Shown piece after piece: positions 30,067 to 40,706 of a stretch of 64,000 bases of DNA (positions are counted from its first letter, which is position 1; every line of letters begins with the position of its first letter). Source of the DNA: an uncultured Methylomirabilota bacterium (lineage in GTDB: Bacteria > Methylomirabilota > Methylomirabilia > Methylomirabilales > 2-02-FULL-66-22). A program made the position numbers and the translations under genes. The DNA is taken from contig OY970067.1 in NCBI GenBank assembly GCA_963705305.1, forward strand, positions 3,264,001-3,328,000, read 5' to 3'. The notes beneath the pieces are model-generated. The model saw only the letters and a list, made by a program, of their open reading frames with translations. It did no database searches and was not told the origin of the DNA.

Positions 30067-30329
30067 GGGTGTTCGCTCATCGTCGCTCCTCCTCAGGAGG
30101 GCGACGGGTGGGGAAATTTGGGTGACCCCAGGTGGGGAATATTGCATGACCGCTGACAAGGAGGTTCAGCCCGTCCTCCACAGTGAGCCAGGCGAGGTCC
30201 CCTGACACGGCGGCGCGCTGGGACTTGCGGCGGGTGATCGGACGACGGAACTGGCCGACGACCTTTTCGGGTTGTGCCGAAGGCCATGAAACCTGCCGGT
30301 GGTGAGGCCCCCGTAACAAAGCCTTCAAC

Positions 30330-30358
30330 TTGACACCATTCTCTCTAACTGGTAATAG
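30330..30358 (+). promoter_or_regulatory. Candidate sigma70 promoter of the abiE operon
   Basis: TTGACA-17nt-TAATAG ahead of RBS GGAGGA. Confidence 0.45.
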
Positions 30359-30385
30359 TGTAGCAGTTGTGGAGGATATTGAAAA

Positions 30386-31186
30386 GTGTCTGTCCTCGAC
30401 TTTTTCGCGATGTATCCAGTCTTCACCAGGGAGGAGTTCGTTCGCTTCCTGGCTGGCCGTGGGGCATCGTCCATCGAGACCGCCAACGCCCACCTGCGGC
30501 GGTATCAAGCAGCGGGACGGATCGCCCGGGTCAAGCGCGGGGTGTACATCGCGGCGCGGCCGGGGGAAGGCGCCACGAAGTCGCCGGTCGACTTCCTGCT
30601 CGTGGCCAGCCGGCTGACCCCCGATGCGGTCCTGGCCTACCACACGGCGCTGGAGGCCCATGGCTACGCGCAGAGCGTCTTCGAGCGGCTGTTCTTCCTG
30701 ACCACCACCAAGGCCAAGCCAGTCCGATTCCGGGAGCGCCAGTTCGTGCCGGTCCTGCCCTTGGCGGGACTCCGGCGGGAGCAGCAGGCCTTTGTGTTCT
30801 GTGGGGAGGTCGAGCGTAGCGGCCTGCCCTGCCGAGTCACCACCGTGGAGCGCACCCTGGTGGATTTGCTCGATCGGCCTGACCTGGCAGGGGGGCTGGA
30901 GGAGGTCTGGCGGTCCCTGGCCGGCATCCCCATGCTGGATCTGAGCACGGTGGTGGAGTACGTCCGGCTCTGCGGCCAGGCCACGCTGGCGGCCAAGGTG
31001 GGATTCTACGTCGCCCAGCATCGCGAAGCGCTGAGCGTGCCGGACTCGGTATTGAAGCGCCTTCAGGAGTTGCGTCCCCGCCAGCCCCGCTATCTCGACC
31101 GGCGGCTCGGCGGGAAGATGGCCGTCGACTGGAACCTCATCGTTCCGATGCCCATCGTGAATCGGGACTGGGAGGCGGTCCGGTGA
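30386..31186 (+). CDS. AbiEi-like type IV antitoxin / regulator
   Basis: wHTH RVKRGVY, AYHTALEAHG, VTTVERTLVDLLDRPDLAGG. Confidence 0.85.
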   Translation: MSVLDFFAMYPVFTREEFVRFLAGRGASSIETANAHLRRYQAAGRIARVKRGVYIAARPGEGATKSPVDFLLVASRLTPDAVLAYHTALEAHGYAQSVFERLFFLTTTKAKPVRFRERQFVPVLPLAGLRREQQAFVFCGEVERSGLPCRVTTVERTLVDLLDRPDLAGGLEEVWRSLAGIPMLDLSTVVEYVRLCGQATLAAKVGFYVAQHREALSVPDSVLKRLQELRPRQPRYLDRRLGGKMAVDWNLIVPMPIVNRDWEAVR

Positions 31187-32190
31187 TCGGCCCGGCCGCA
31201 GTCCACCGGGTGGCCGGGGCGACGGGGTTCCGGGAGGAGGTCGTCGAGAAGGTCCTCTACCTCACGGCGATCCTCGCACGATTCCGGACGCATCCCGCCC
31301 TGCAGAACGCCTGGGCCCTCAAGGGCGGGACCGCGATCAATCTCTTCCATCTGGAGGTCCCCCGGCTGTCCGTGGACATCGACCTCAACTTCATCGGAGG
31401 AGTCGACCTCCAGGCCATGCGGGCTGCCCGCCCGGGGTTCGAGCGGGCCATCGAGGCGTGCTGCGAGCGGGAGGGATGCCAGGTCCGCCGGGTCCCGGGG
31501 GAACACGCGGGGGGCAAGTACCGGCTGCGCTATCTCGGCGGGGTCGGGGGATCCGGATCGCTCGAAGTGGATGTGAACTTCGTCCAGCGCGCCCCCCTGT
31601 TCGGCGTGGAGGAGCGTCGCCCGGGGTTCCCACCCGGCACCGACGCCTCCGCGATTCCGGTCCTGACGCTGGAAGAGCTCGCGGCTGGGAAGTGCGCCGC
31701 CCTCCTGACGCGGGCCGCCCCCCGCGATGCCTTTGACGTGTGGCAGCTCCTGGAGTTGACGCCCGATCTCCTTGCCCGGCCAGCTCTCCGTCTGGCGTTT
31801 GTCGTCCAGGCGGGCAGTGCGCGGGAGGACCTCCGGAGCGAGGCACGCGACCATGCCCCGGTGACCGCAAAGACCGTGCAGGAAGAACTGCTCCCCCTGC
31901 TCCGGGTCGAGCTGCGGCCGTTCGGGGGCGATCCCGAGCGACTCGCGCAGAGGCTGACCGAGGTTCGGCAGACGGCGGCATCCACCCTCCTCACGTGGCG
32001 GGAGCCGGAACGAGCCTTCCTGGATCGCCTGATCGAAGCAGGGGAGGTGGAGGCCAGCCTTCTCACCGAGAATCCGGTCCTCCAGAGTCGCATCGCCGCC
32101 CAGCCAATGCTCCGCTGGAAGGCGATGCACGTGCGGCGATTTCGCGGCTTGCCGCCTCTCGAAATGGAAAGGGATGATGAACCTGTCTGA
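31183..32190 (+). CDS. AbiEii-family nucleotidyltransferase toxin
   Basis: [31 protein letters not shown] overlap. Confidence 0.9.
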   Translation: MIGPAAVHRVAGATGFREEVVEKVLYLTAILARFRTHPALQNAWALKGGTAINLFHLEVPRLSVDIDLNFIGGVDLQAMRAARPGFERAIEACCEREGCQVRRVPGEHAGGKYRLRYLGGVGGSGSLEVDVNFVQRAPLFGVEERRPGFPPGTDASAIPVLTLEELAAGKCAALLTRAAPRDAFDVWQLLELTPDLLARPALRLAFVVQAGSAREDLRSEARDHAPVTAKTVQEELLPLLRVELRPFGGDPERLAQRLTEVRQTAASTLLTWREPERAFLDRLIEAGEVEASLLTENPVLQSRIAAQPMLRWKAMHVRRFRGLPPLEMERDDEPV

Positions 32191-33103
32191 CCGATATCGC
32201 GGCGCGTTGCTCGGGCTTGCTGTTGGCGATGCCCTTGGGACGACTGTCGAATTTGAACGCCCGGGGTCCTTTGTTCCTCTCACCGACATGGTGGGGGGCG
32301 GGAAGTTCGAGCTGCGGCCCGGCGAATGGACAGATGACACCTCCATGGCCCTCTGCCTGGCTGAGAGTCTGATCGAATGCCAGGACTTTGATCCCGTGGA
32401 TCAACTCACCCGCTATCGCCGGTGGTGGCGGGAAGGGCACCTGAGCAGCACCGGGGTCTGCTTTGACATCGGGACGACCACCCGGGCGGCCCTGGCCGCG
32501 TTCGAGGAGACCCACGACCCGTACCCCGGCCCTGATGATCCTCGATCTGCCGGCAACGGCTCCCTGATGCGCCTGGCGCCTATCCCGCTCTTCTTCCGCA
32601 CCGAACCGCTCATGGCCATCGAGAAGGCGGCCCTGAGTTCCCGGACCACCCACGGGGCCAGGGAGGCGATGGACGCTTGCCGGTACTTCGCCGGTCTGAT
32701 CCTGGGCGCACTCGGCGGCTGCCCCAAGGCAGAACTCCTCACGCCGCTCTTCAGCCCCATCCCCAACCTCTGGATCAAGTCGCCCCTGGCCCCCAAGATC
32801 GCCACCGTGGCTGCTGGGAGCTTCAAGCAGAAAGACCCCCCCGCCATCCGAGGCACCGGCTACGTGGTTGATTGCCTGGAGGCTGCCCTCTGGGCCTTCC
32901 ACAAGAGCGACTCCTTTCGCGACGGCGTCCTCCTGGCCGTGAACCTCGGTGACGATGCTGACACGACCGGCGCCGTCTATGGCCAGTTCGCCGGCGCGTA
33001 CTACGGAGTCCAGGGCATCCCGCCCGAGTGGCTCGCCAAGCTGGCCCACCGCGAACTGATCGGGCAGTACGCCGACCGCCTCTACCACCTCTCGCAGGAG
33101 TAG
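32174..33103 (+). CDS. ADP-ribosylglycohydrolase (DraG/ARH family)
   Basis: [30 protein letters not shown]. Confidence 0.93.
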   Translation: MMNLSDRYRGALLGLAVGDALGTTVEFERPGSFVPLTDMVGGGKFELRPGEWTDDTSMALCLAESLIECQDFDPVDQLTRYRRWWREGHLSSTGVCFDIGTTTRAALAAFEETHDPYPGPDDPRSAGNGSLMRLAPIPLFFRTEPLMAIEKAALSSRTTHGAREAMDACRYFAGLILGALGGCPKAELLTPLFSPIPNLWIKSPLAPKIATVAAGSFKQKDPPAIRGTGYVVDCLEAALWAFHKSDSFRDGVLLAVNLGDDADTTGAVYGQFAGAYYGVQGIPPEWLAKLAHRELIGQYADRLYHLSQE

Positions 33104-33469
33104 TTCCACTGTGCTGTTCAGCTCGGGGGCGACCGCAGCGACGCTGGCGGCCATGTTCGACCTGCCGACCCTCCGCCCTGGGCACCGCACTACACCGACT
33201 ACACCATACTGCCATCTGAGGGCTTGCCACTGACGCAAGAGAGGCTGGATGTTCCCGGGCGGCGGCCATCGCTGGGGCATGCCGGAAGGCCTACGGCAAG
33301 GCGATGGAGCCGCCGCCTGACGGGAGCACCCTCACGAGCCGTTTTCAAGGCGCTCTTGGGTTCGCCCCGGGATGCGCTGGCCAGCGTGGGGGCCGGGCGG
33401 GAGTCCTCCAAAACGGCCCGACAAAAATCCGTGACCGCTCGTGGAGCTTCTTGATCTTGATGAGAATGG

Positions 33470-34027
33470 TCATCGCGCCCGGCGCGTCTCGGCCGAACGG
33501 TATTCGGAGATCAACCCCTGGCCCGCAAAGCTGTAATGATCGCGGAGCCCCAGGATCAGGTGGTCCAGAAGCGGCACGGCGAGAAGCTCCCCGGCAGCCA
33601 CAAGCCGCTCGGTGAGCCGGCGGTCCTCCGCACTGGGCGTGCCACGGCCCGAGGGATGATTGTGGATCAGGAGGACGGCGGCCGCGCTGGCCAGGAGTGC
33701 TGTCCGGAAGATCTCGGAGGGGGACACGGGTGCCTCCGTGAGGCCACCACGCCCCACTTGATAGATACCAAGGACCTCATTCACAGCATTGAGGGCAACG
33801 ACCCAGGCCTCCTCGTGAGGCAGATCGCGCAGCCAGTCACAGAGCGTGGCCGCGTCTCCCGAGTTGGTGATCCTCGTCGGGGCGTTACGCAGGTCCGGGC
33901 GGCTCCGGTAGGTGAGGGCAATCTCCCGGACCCCCGGCACCACAATGACTCGAGCGCGCCGGGTGGGCGCCGGGCGAGGGTTGGCCCATGTGGCATCGAA
34001 CAGGCTGGGTTGTGGCGTGTCCCGCAT
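33470..34027 (-). CDS. radC: RadC-like JAB domain protein
   Basis: HEEAW, HNHPSGRGTPSAED, LLDHLIL. Confidence 0.9.
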   Translation of the reverse strand: MRDTPQPSLFDATWANPRPAPTRRARVIVVPGVREIALTYRSRPDLRNAPTRITNSGDAATLCDWLRDLPHEEAWVVALNAVNEVLGIYQVGRGGLTEAPVSPSEIFRTALLASAAAVLLIHNHPSGRGTPSAEDRRLTERLVAAGELLAVPLLDHLILGLRDHYSFAGQGLISEYRSAETRRAR

Positions 34028-34336
34028 AACGGCTGTCCTCTGAGCTCCGTGTTGCCTCGGATTGGCGATCGTGACTTACCAACCGGGGGACCTCGGTGTA
34101 TGCGGCGGGCAGTCCTCCGACTGTCAGGTGGAGGAATGATGCGCCGGCGGTGCGGAGGATCTGATCGGGAAGAGGGCCGGCCCCCGGACTCGGCCACAGG
34201 ATGGTGGTCGAGCCGGGGCCGGGGTCTGACATGCACCGGCTGGGGGACGCCAGCCTTCGGGGTGCACCAAGGAAAGGCGGGATTCAATTTCCGGGGATTG
34301 TCACTGCCACTGAACTCGCCTGGACTCCCGGCGTCA

Positions 34337-35029
34337 TTATCGTTCTGACCGCCGCTGCCCGGCAGCCTGCGTCGCCCAGGCCACCGCCTGTGCCGCCAGT
34401 GCATCGGCCCGGCGGTTCTCCTGGACCCAGTCGCTCAACCCCAGTCGATCGGCTTGATGGCCTCGCTGGTGGTGAACGCTGATGCACATGTTCGCCTTCT
34501 GGATCCGGCCCAGCACCTGGGCCACGATGGCCGCGACGATCGGGTCCTTGACTCGCCACCGCCCCATGAGCCACGCCCCAACGCCCTCGTAGTCGTGCAC
34601 GATGGTCAGGCGCGTGTTCGGCTGGACTCGCTGGACGGCCACGTACGCGGCGGCGAGCTCGCAGGCGATGTTCCGGATCGCCGCTAGCATCTCATCGGCG
34701 CTGAGGTGCCGGCCGTCCTCCAGCGTGAGCCCGTCTGGGTATACCTCCGCCAGGGTTGTGCTGATCTCCTTGCGCGCGGTCTCACCCTGCGCCGTTCGGT
34801 GTACGAGCACCACGCCGACGCCCCCGCGGTGGTTTCCGTCAACGAAGGCGAAGGTTCCCGGCGGCATCCGGTCAGGCGTCCTGTGGAGAATAGCCTGGGC
34901 CATGTCGTGGCTGCTGACCTTCTGGAACGTGGCGCCCGACACCCCGGTCACTTTGGCGCGGCACTCGTCCCAGGTCGTGTAGATCCCCTTGATCGTGTCC
35001 GGCGCGAGAATGACGTATACGGGCGGCAT
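34337..35029 (-). CDS. Ribonuclease H with N-terminal hybrid-binding (viroplasmin) domain
   Basis: GIYTTWDECRAKVTG, FVDG, ACELAA, HDYEGV, RGH, NRRADALA. Confidence 0.82.
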   Translation of the reverse strand: MPPVYVILAPDTIKGIYTTWDECRAKVTGVSGATFQKVSSHDMAQAILHRTPDRMPPGTFAFVDGNHRGGVGVVLVHRTAQGETARKEISTTLAEVYPDGLTLEDGRHLSADEMLAAIRNIACELAAAYVAVQRVQPNTRLTIVHDYEGVGAWLMGRWRVKDPIVAAIVAQVLGRIQKANMCISVHHQRGHQADRLGLSDWVQENRRADALAAQAVAWATQAAGQRRSER

Positions 35030-35879
35030 AACGGACTCCTTCTTCCTGGTGGGCACTGCTCGCTCTCGGTGCGCTGCGGAACCGGTGGAAATCCTGTCCG
35101 CAGTCCCCAGATTCACTGGACCCGCACGAGAAGAGCCGACCGGGGGCACGGTCGGCTCTTCCAGGGGGTGGGCGGCCTAGGCGGCCTTGTTCGAGGTGGG
35201 GGCCGGCGCGGGGGGCGTCGCCGGACGGCGAGGGGTGTGAACCGGGTGCTGGCGGATGCGGCGCGTTCGGGGAGAAGCGTGAGACCCGGTGCCGAACACG
35301 AAGCCGCGATACTCGTTGGCCATGACCTGCTCTCCTCCTGCGACGCGGTCTCTCTGGAGACCTGCGATGCGCCAAAGACAGCGGGAATCGCATCCGCCGG
35401 AGGCGGTTCGGAGAAGTCACGTCACGAATGCTGAAAGTCACGGCGGAAGGAGTGCGAGGGGGGAAAGAAGGGGCCTCACGCTTGCGAGCTCTATCGGTCA
35501 CGCTCCGCTGCTGGGGGTTCTGGGAGTCACAGGAGTAGTAGGACCGACCGAGCCATATGGCCCGAAGGCCATGTTCCCTGTTCCGATTCCATCATTGGCG
35601 GGGACTCACGAAGACCGGAGGACCTTCTCGCAGTTCGTCCCGGGGCCGCGGATAGTCGCGCAGTCGGGCTCGGGCCTCCAGCGCCTTTGCAGCACACAGA
35701 GGTCATGGTTGTCTTTCCTCCAGTGACGCGCTCGTACTGCGAGACTTGCAATATGCCATAGGCCGAGGGGGCCTTATGGCGTCGCACCGCTCGAGAGCAG
35801 CGGGATGAAGAGGGAAGTTTGTTGGGGTGGCCACCGCCGGCATGAATGGGGCACGAATCCCCGGGGGCGTGGATCCCGG

Positions 35880-36266
35880 CTACTCGGTCCGCGAGGACAC
35901 AGTAGGACTCGTGGGCGCCGGGAAATCCACAGGGGTCGACGGACCGGGCGGGCCGGCGTCGATCGGGGCGATGTCCGGCCCGATCGGCGGGCTCGGCAGG
36001 GAAACGGGCGGACGGGACTCGGAGCCGAGCGGCACCTCGATCGGTGTCTCAGGCTTGGCCAGATCGGCCGCGATCTGGGCGCCGCCGGCAACCAACGGCT
36101 TCGCCGGGTTGAGGAGGTACAGGATGCCGAGAATAATCGGCAGGGGATTTATGGTTTGCTCCTTCTGGGTGGCTCGTGTTCTCGCACGGGACGGATCATG
36201 GAGGCATCCGGGACATCGCATCACCAGGTGGTCTCGCAGGAGTGCCGTGTCGCCCTGGTCGCTCAC
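35880..36266 (-). CDS. Pro-rich hypothetical protein, possible membrane anchor
   Basis: Hydrophobic LPIILGILYLL then Pro-rich tail; start uncertain. Confidence 0.3.
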   Translation of the reverse strand: MSDQGDTALLRDHLVMRCPGCLHDPSRARTRATQKEQTINPLPIILGILYLLNPAKPLVAGGAQIAADLAKPETPIEVPLGSESRPPVSLPSPPIGPDIAPIDAGPPGPSTPVDFPAPTSPTVSSRTE

Positions 36267-36379
36267 GCACGCTCAGCTTCACGCTGCCCGCTCGGCGACC
36301 GGGAGGATGAACGGAGCATGGGAGTGGAGCAGTCACGGGCAGGAGCGATCAGATGGCAGCCGGTGCTGGACATCGCACA

Positions 36380-36411
36380 CGAAACGCCAGGGGAGATTCC
36401 CTGGCGTTTCG
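36380..36411 (-). terminator. Hairpin downstream of ssb
   Basis: CGAAACGCCAGGG-gagatt-CCCTGGCGTTTCG, 13-bp stem; no clear U-tract. Confidence 0.5.
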
Positions 36412-36430
36412 ATGAGGGGTGAGGAGCGGG

Positions 36431-36844
36431 TCAGAAGGGGACCTCGTCTTCCGCGGGGGCGGCCTGGCCTCCGGCCTCCTCGGCTTCCGGCGCGGGCTGC
36501 CCCTTGTAGCCGTTGCCGCCGACGAACTGCACGCGCTCGGCGACGATCTCCACCTTGGTGCGCTTCTGACCCTCCGGGGTCTCCCAGCTCCGCTGCTGCA
36601 AGTGACCCTCGACGAGGGCCTGCCGGCCCTTGACCAGGTACTGGCCGCAACTTTCCGCCTGCTTCCCCCACACGACGATCGTCATGAAGCAGACCTCGTC
36701 CTTCTTCTGGCCCCCCTGCGTGGTGTACGACCGGTTGAGCGCCAGGTCGAAGTTGCACACAGGGGATCCGCTCGGCGTGTAGCGAAGCTCGGGATCGCGG
36801 GTGAGGTTACCAAGGCCGATGAACTTGTTGAACGAGCCGCTCAT
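36431..36844 (-). CDS. ssb: Single-stranded DNA-binding protein
   Basis: GNLTRDPELRYTPSG, KGRQALVEG, acidic tail EDEVPF. Confidence 0.95.
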   Translation of the reverse strand: MSGSFNKFIGLGNLTRDPELRYTPSGSPVCNFDLALNRSYTTQGGQKKDEVCFMTIVVWGKQAESCGQYLVKGRQALVEGHLQQRSWETPEGQKRTKVEIVAERVQFVGGNGYKGQPAPEAEEAGGQAAPAEDEVPF

Positions 36845-36870
36845 GTGTCTCTCCTTCCTCGTGGGGCCCT

Positions 36871-37708
36871 CTATCGAGAGGGCGGTTGTGGGACCGACTC
36901 CGGAGTGGAGCCGTTGCGCACAGGGGCGTTGGGGGACTTCATCGCCATCGGTGGTTTTGGCTTTTCCGCCGGCTGGGCTGGAGCGAGCGTGACGGACTCC
37001 TCACCGGCTTCCACCGCGAAAAGGGTGGCCCATTCGCCGGTCGCTCCGGATTCATCCAGCTGCCCTCGGACGCCTTCACTCCAATCGGCCCGGAGGGCGG
37101 CCTTCAGGGAGTTCGTGTCTGGCAAGGGCAAGAACCGATTCCAGAAGTGCTTGGGGGCCGGGGCGGCAGACCACCCGGGCCTCCACCGCGTGCACGCGAG
37201 CCAACCCAGGGGTCTTGTCGGACCCTCTGAACGGAACGCGCAGACGGGTGGCCGCATACCGGCCGGATCAGCGGCAGCGGGCTCTCTCGGGGACCGGTCT
37301 CGGTGCGGGCGCTTCCCTGGCCCTGGTCGGCAAGCCATTCCGCGGCAATCATGGAGTGGGAGAGATTACCGTACCGTCGGGCCGCCAGGGGCGACTTCTC
37401 CAGACTCAGCAGGTAAACCACATCATCTCGTTCGATCGCCTCGCAGGTCGGATCCTCGTCCCTCTTCCTCGCCATGATTACGATGCCGAACCGCGCGAGC
37501 TCCGCGCTTCCTTTCGGACAATCGAGCGCCCAACGCAGCTGACCGAGTCGGCGCGATCCCGTCTCCCACTGGTCGAAGGCGGGATGCAGGCGGACGCACG
37601 TGGCCACGGGGCGGCCCAGGATGAACACGGCCTCCGGCTCAAGCCGGGTCGGCATGAACGCCAGTGCGGGCACCAGTGCTCCCGGGTGCAGGGGATCGGG
37701 GCTGCCAT
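36871..37708 (-). pseudogene. Probable frameshifted hypothetical gene
   Basis: RBS AAGGAG + ATG 37708; protein-like segments in successive frames. Confidence 0.3.
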
Positions 37709-38354
37709 CGTCCGCTCCTTTCTGGGGCTGAGTGATGCGCCCGAGCGAGCAGGAAATCCCGTAGTCCGGCCTCGCCAGCCCAGAGGTGATCGCAAGGCCC
37801 GCGGCGCCTGAGGGATCACCGGAAGCTCGCCGGAGGCTGTTCCGCGAGGGCCCGTTATCCCTCGCAAGGCGGCGACACAGTGTGAGCCGCCTGGGACTCT
37901 GGGCGACTCATTGGATGCTCGGCCACGTTGTCGATCACGCAGCCGTTCCGGCCGGAGAGGATGTCCAGCTCGACGAGAACGTCACCCACCTCGTCAACGC
38001 CGTCGGTGGCAACCGGAAACGCTTTCGAGAAGGCGGCGCCATCGCGGGCAGGCGTCCGGAGGGAGTGCCTGAGCGCCTAGAGCGTTCGCATCGTCGTCGT
38101 CGCTGCCGCCCTGGCTGAGCGCGCTGGTGTCGTGGATGCATCAGGCCGCTGGATATACCAGGGGCGATGGGAGATGTGATGGTCTGCGCACAGGGCGCGG
38201 CCGCCGGACGGAGGTCCTGCTCCCAGGTGTGAGGTCAGCTCCGCACTCGGGCCGCCTTGCAGCCCCGGAACCGACCCGGACGGTCCGTGAGCCATCGGGT
38301 CGATCTGGAGGCAGGGGCGAAGGAGAGCGAGTTAAACGCGTGAGGCGGTGCGGC

Positions 38355-38666
38355 TCAGGACTCCGACTTCGGATCCACGAGCAGGCGGCAGAGTGCCGCG
38401 CAGGTGTAACCGCATGGGATCCGCCTGCCGGTGTCCTCGACGATGCCGGCAGCGATCAGCGCCTCCAGGATGTCTGCATTCTCCGACCAGGTCTTGACCG
38501 CCACGTGGCCCTCCGGGACGGGGGTGGTCGGATTGATGGTAGCGGTGGCAACGGGGCAGCCATCCTCCGCATCCCGGAGCTCGATGGCGACTCCGCCGCC
38601 CTGGCGGTACCTGTGGAACGTGGGAACGCAGGTCCACTCGTGGAACGTGACGGTTGGGAGCGGCAT
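38355..38666 (-). CDS. DUF4313-like protein
   Basis: VAIEL..DGCPVATATIN..KTWSEN..LIAAGIVEDTG..CGY; RBS GGAGG. Confidence 0.7.
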   Translation of the reverse strand: MPLPTVTFHEWTCVPTFHRYRQGGGVAIELRDAEDGCPVATATINPTTPVPEGHVAVKTWSENADILEALIAAGIVEDTGRRIPCGYTCAALCRLLVDPKSES

Positions 38667-38997
38667 CGTGCACCTCCAAGGGTGATGGGTTGTTGACCGC
38701 GCTGGCCGGATCGTCCGGCTTGCGTCGAGGACAGGGGGGCATTGGATCATGTGGAGCCCACGGGCGGAGGGAGTGGAGGGACCGCCATCCTTCCATGGGC
38801 TCCGGCAGGATCGGGCAGCCGGTGATGTCTTGCCTCAAGTGCTGGCGCGCCGCGCGTCTCAGACCCGCCGCGGTCCGTGTTCCCTGGCGGGAACCGGCGC
38901 AGTTCTCTGCTCTGGCAGGCCCGGGGGGATCGTGGGAATGTCCCCGGGCGAGCGCGGCAATGAGGGGAGGCGCTACACCTTCGAGCGGGGATTCCTA

Positions 38998-40041
38998 ATG
39001 ACCGACAACGGGCTGGGCTACGCAGTGGGAGGTGAGCGCGATGTCCGGGTCCGGGCAGTGGCGGGAACCCATCGAGTGGAGCTCGTCCTCCTCCAATTGG
39101 AGAGGTGGTTGCGGCGGACCCGGGGTGTTGGACGCACCCTCCGGCTGCATTACCAGCAGCGCGACGATCGGTATGTCTGGCGGCACCGGGTCCGGGATGT
39201 CGCGGGGGAGCAGCGGCTCCTTCGGCTGGGTGAGGAGCCCCGGACGTTGTACCGCTGGCGGGATGTTGGCCGGCGGGTGCCGGAGGAACTGTGTGCGGAG
39301 TTGTGGGTCCACACCCGGAGCCGGGTTCTTGGCATTGAACGCCAACTGGACATGCGGCAGGACGGTCGGGCCGTGCTGAAGCTTGTGAGTTGGCTGCTGG
39401 GGAACGGTCTTCGCTGGGAGGCGGATGTGGTGGAGATGGTCTGGGAGGGTGAGGCCCACAGCGGGCGCGTGCACTGGACCTTTCGGCTCGACGGACGCCT
39501 CCAGCGACACGGGAATCGGCAGACGCCGGACCTTCCGGCAGGGAAATATGGGCGCGACAGCGAGGAACAGGTTGCCGCCATCGATCTGCAGGCCCGGTGG
39601 GGTCTCTATACCGAGAACGTCCATCGCGGTCTCGTGGTTCCGCTCACGGACCTCGACCGGCGGCTGGGGGAGCTAGACCATCTGCTGCGCGAGCAGCGAT
39701 CGGCCGTACGACTCTACCAGCATCGACGGCTGGACACCTGGGCGTTCCGACGGGTCCAGTGGCAATCCGGAACGACATACCAGCCGATCCGCGACCTCGA
39801 CTCCGTGTTCCAAAAGCTGGACCTCTCACCGCAGCAACGCGGCAACCTCGAGGAGGCTCGGACATTGCTGCAGCAGCGGTACAAGGTGCGGCGTCTCCTC
39901 CGGCTCGTCGCAGAGCTGACCGAGGCGGGCATCCGCTGGCCGGGAGGGACCTGGAAGGTGCGGGGGTATGAGCCAGCGGGAGCGACTGTCTGGCACGTCT
40001 CATCGACAGCCAGCGGTACTGTGGGTCGATGCTATGCGTGA
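38998..40041 (+). CDS. Basic hypothetical protein with apparent internal duplication
   Basis: Arg/Trp-rich; two segments ending GLRW / GIRW; start uncertain. Confidence 0.65.
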   Translation: MTDNGLGYAVGGERDVRVRAVAGTHRVELVLLQLERWLRRTRGVGRTLRLHYQQRDDRYVWRHRVRDVAGEQRLLRLGEEPRTLYRWRDVGRRVPEELCAELWVHTRSRVLGIERQLDMRQDGRAVLKLVSWLLGNGLRWEADVVEMVWEGEAHSGRVHWTFRLDGRLQRHGNRQTPDLPAGKYGRDSEEQVAAIDLQARWGLYTENVHRGLVVPLTDLDRRLGELDHLLREQRSAVRLYQHRRLDTWAFRRVQWQSGTTYQPIRDLDSVFQKLDLSPQQRGNLEEARTLLQQRYKVRRLLRLVAELTEAGIRWPGGTWKVRGYEPAGATVWHVSSTASGTVGRCYA

Positions 40042-40135
40042 CACAAATCTGCGTAGAGATGCACTTGGAGCGTGGCAAACGGGGCCGAGCCGCCGGGAGG
40101 CGACAAGGGTGTCGGGAGGAGCAGTGTATACTAGA

Positions 40136-40584
40136 GGTGGAATCGATCGCGGCATTTGTCATCCCACCAGACAGCAAGTCCGGCTAGTTACCACACCGCC
40201 GCACAGAGTCGTTAACCGCCCGTCGTTAACCGCCGCGGCTTCCCCCACTGCAAATCCGCTCAGTTCCGTTCTCTCCCGGCCCGCATTGGCAAGGGGGTGG
40301 AATCGACCGCCCTTCCGGCCGGGGCCATTGTGGGCTCGCGTCGATAACCGTCCGGTTAACGACGTATGCCATGGCGTGGCCTCCGGCCGTCAGGTGTACC
40401 AGGGTGGAATCGACCGCCGCCCCCGCTTCCCTCATACGTTTCGGCAGGGCCAACTCCTGCCCCAAATCAACACGCCGTGTTGGATAGCCCGAAAGGAGGT
40501 AACCAGCCGCCAACCCGGAGCAAAACCGGAAATGTGCATGTCGAAAGATAACATCGGGTCACCAAAGACCAACATCGGATCACC
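40136..40584. repeat. Cluster of short repeats upstream of parM
   Basis: GGTGGAATCGA(T/C)CGC x3 (40136, 40296, 40403); GTCG(T/A)TAACCG x4 (40208, 40222, 40340, inverted 40353); tandem AAAGA..AACATCGG(G/A)TCACC x2 (40544-40584). Confidence 0.8.
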
Positions 40585-40706
40585 GAATCGTCAGGAACGA
40601 CAATTTTTACCTCAAGTTGGCTCCTGGAAGTGCCGATACCCCTCCGCGAATCCGCGGGGGTCTGGTCCATGGCGAGAGCCTTCCGGAGTCCAAAGGGAGA
40701 GCGACG

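Larger units (their letters stand above)
24052..30158 (-). mobile_element. IS21-family element (outer), doubly interrupted
   Basis: TGTCA...TGACA ends with repeated internal motifs; flanks GGGAGG/AGGAGG; istA pieces and istB inside. Confidence 0.9.

Noticed and set aside
37720..37870. Hammerhead ribozyme (CTGAGTGA...GAAA among hairpins)
   Set aside because: Core does not fit CUGANGA and I could not build the three stems
22587..38091. Amber recoding of the element
   Set aside because: TAG ends many intact genes here; only two doubtful cases and no suppressor tRNA seen
40136..40584. CRISPR array
   Set aside because: Repeats are 11-21 bp with irregular spacing (160 and 107 bp); no cas genes
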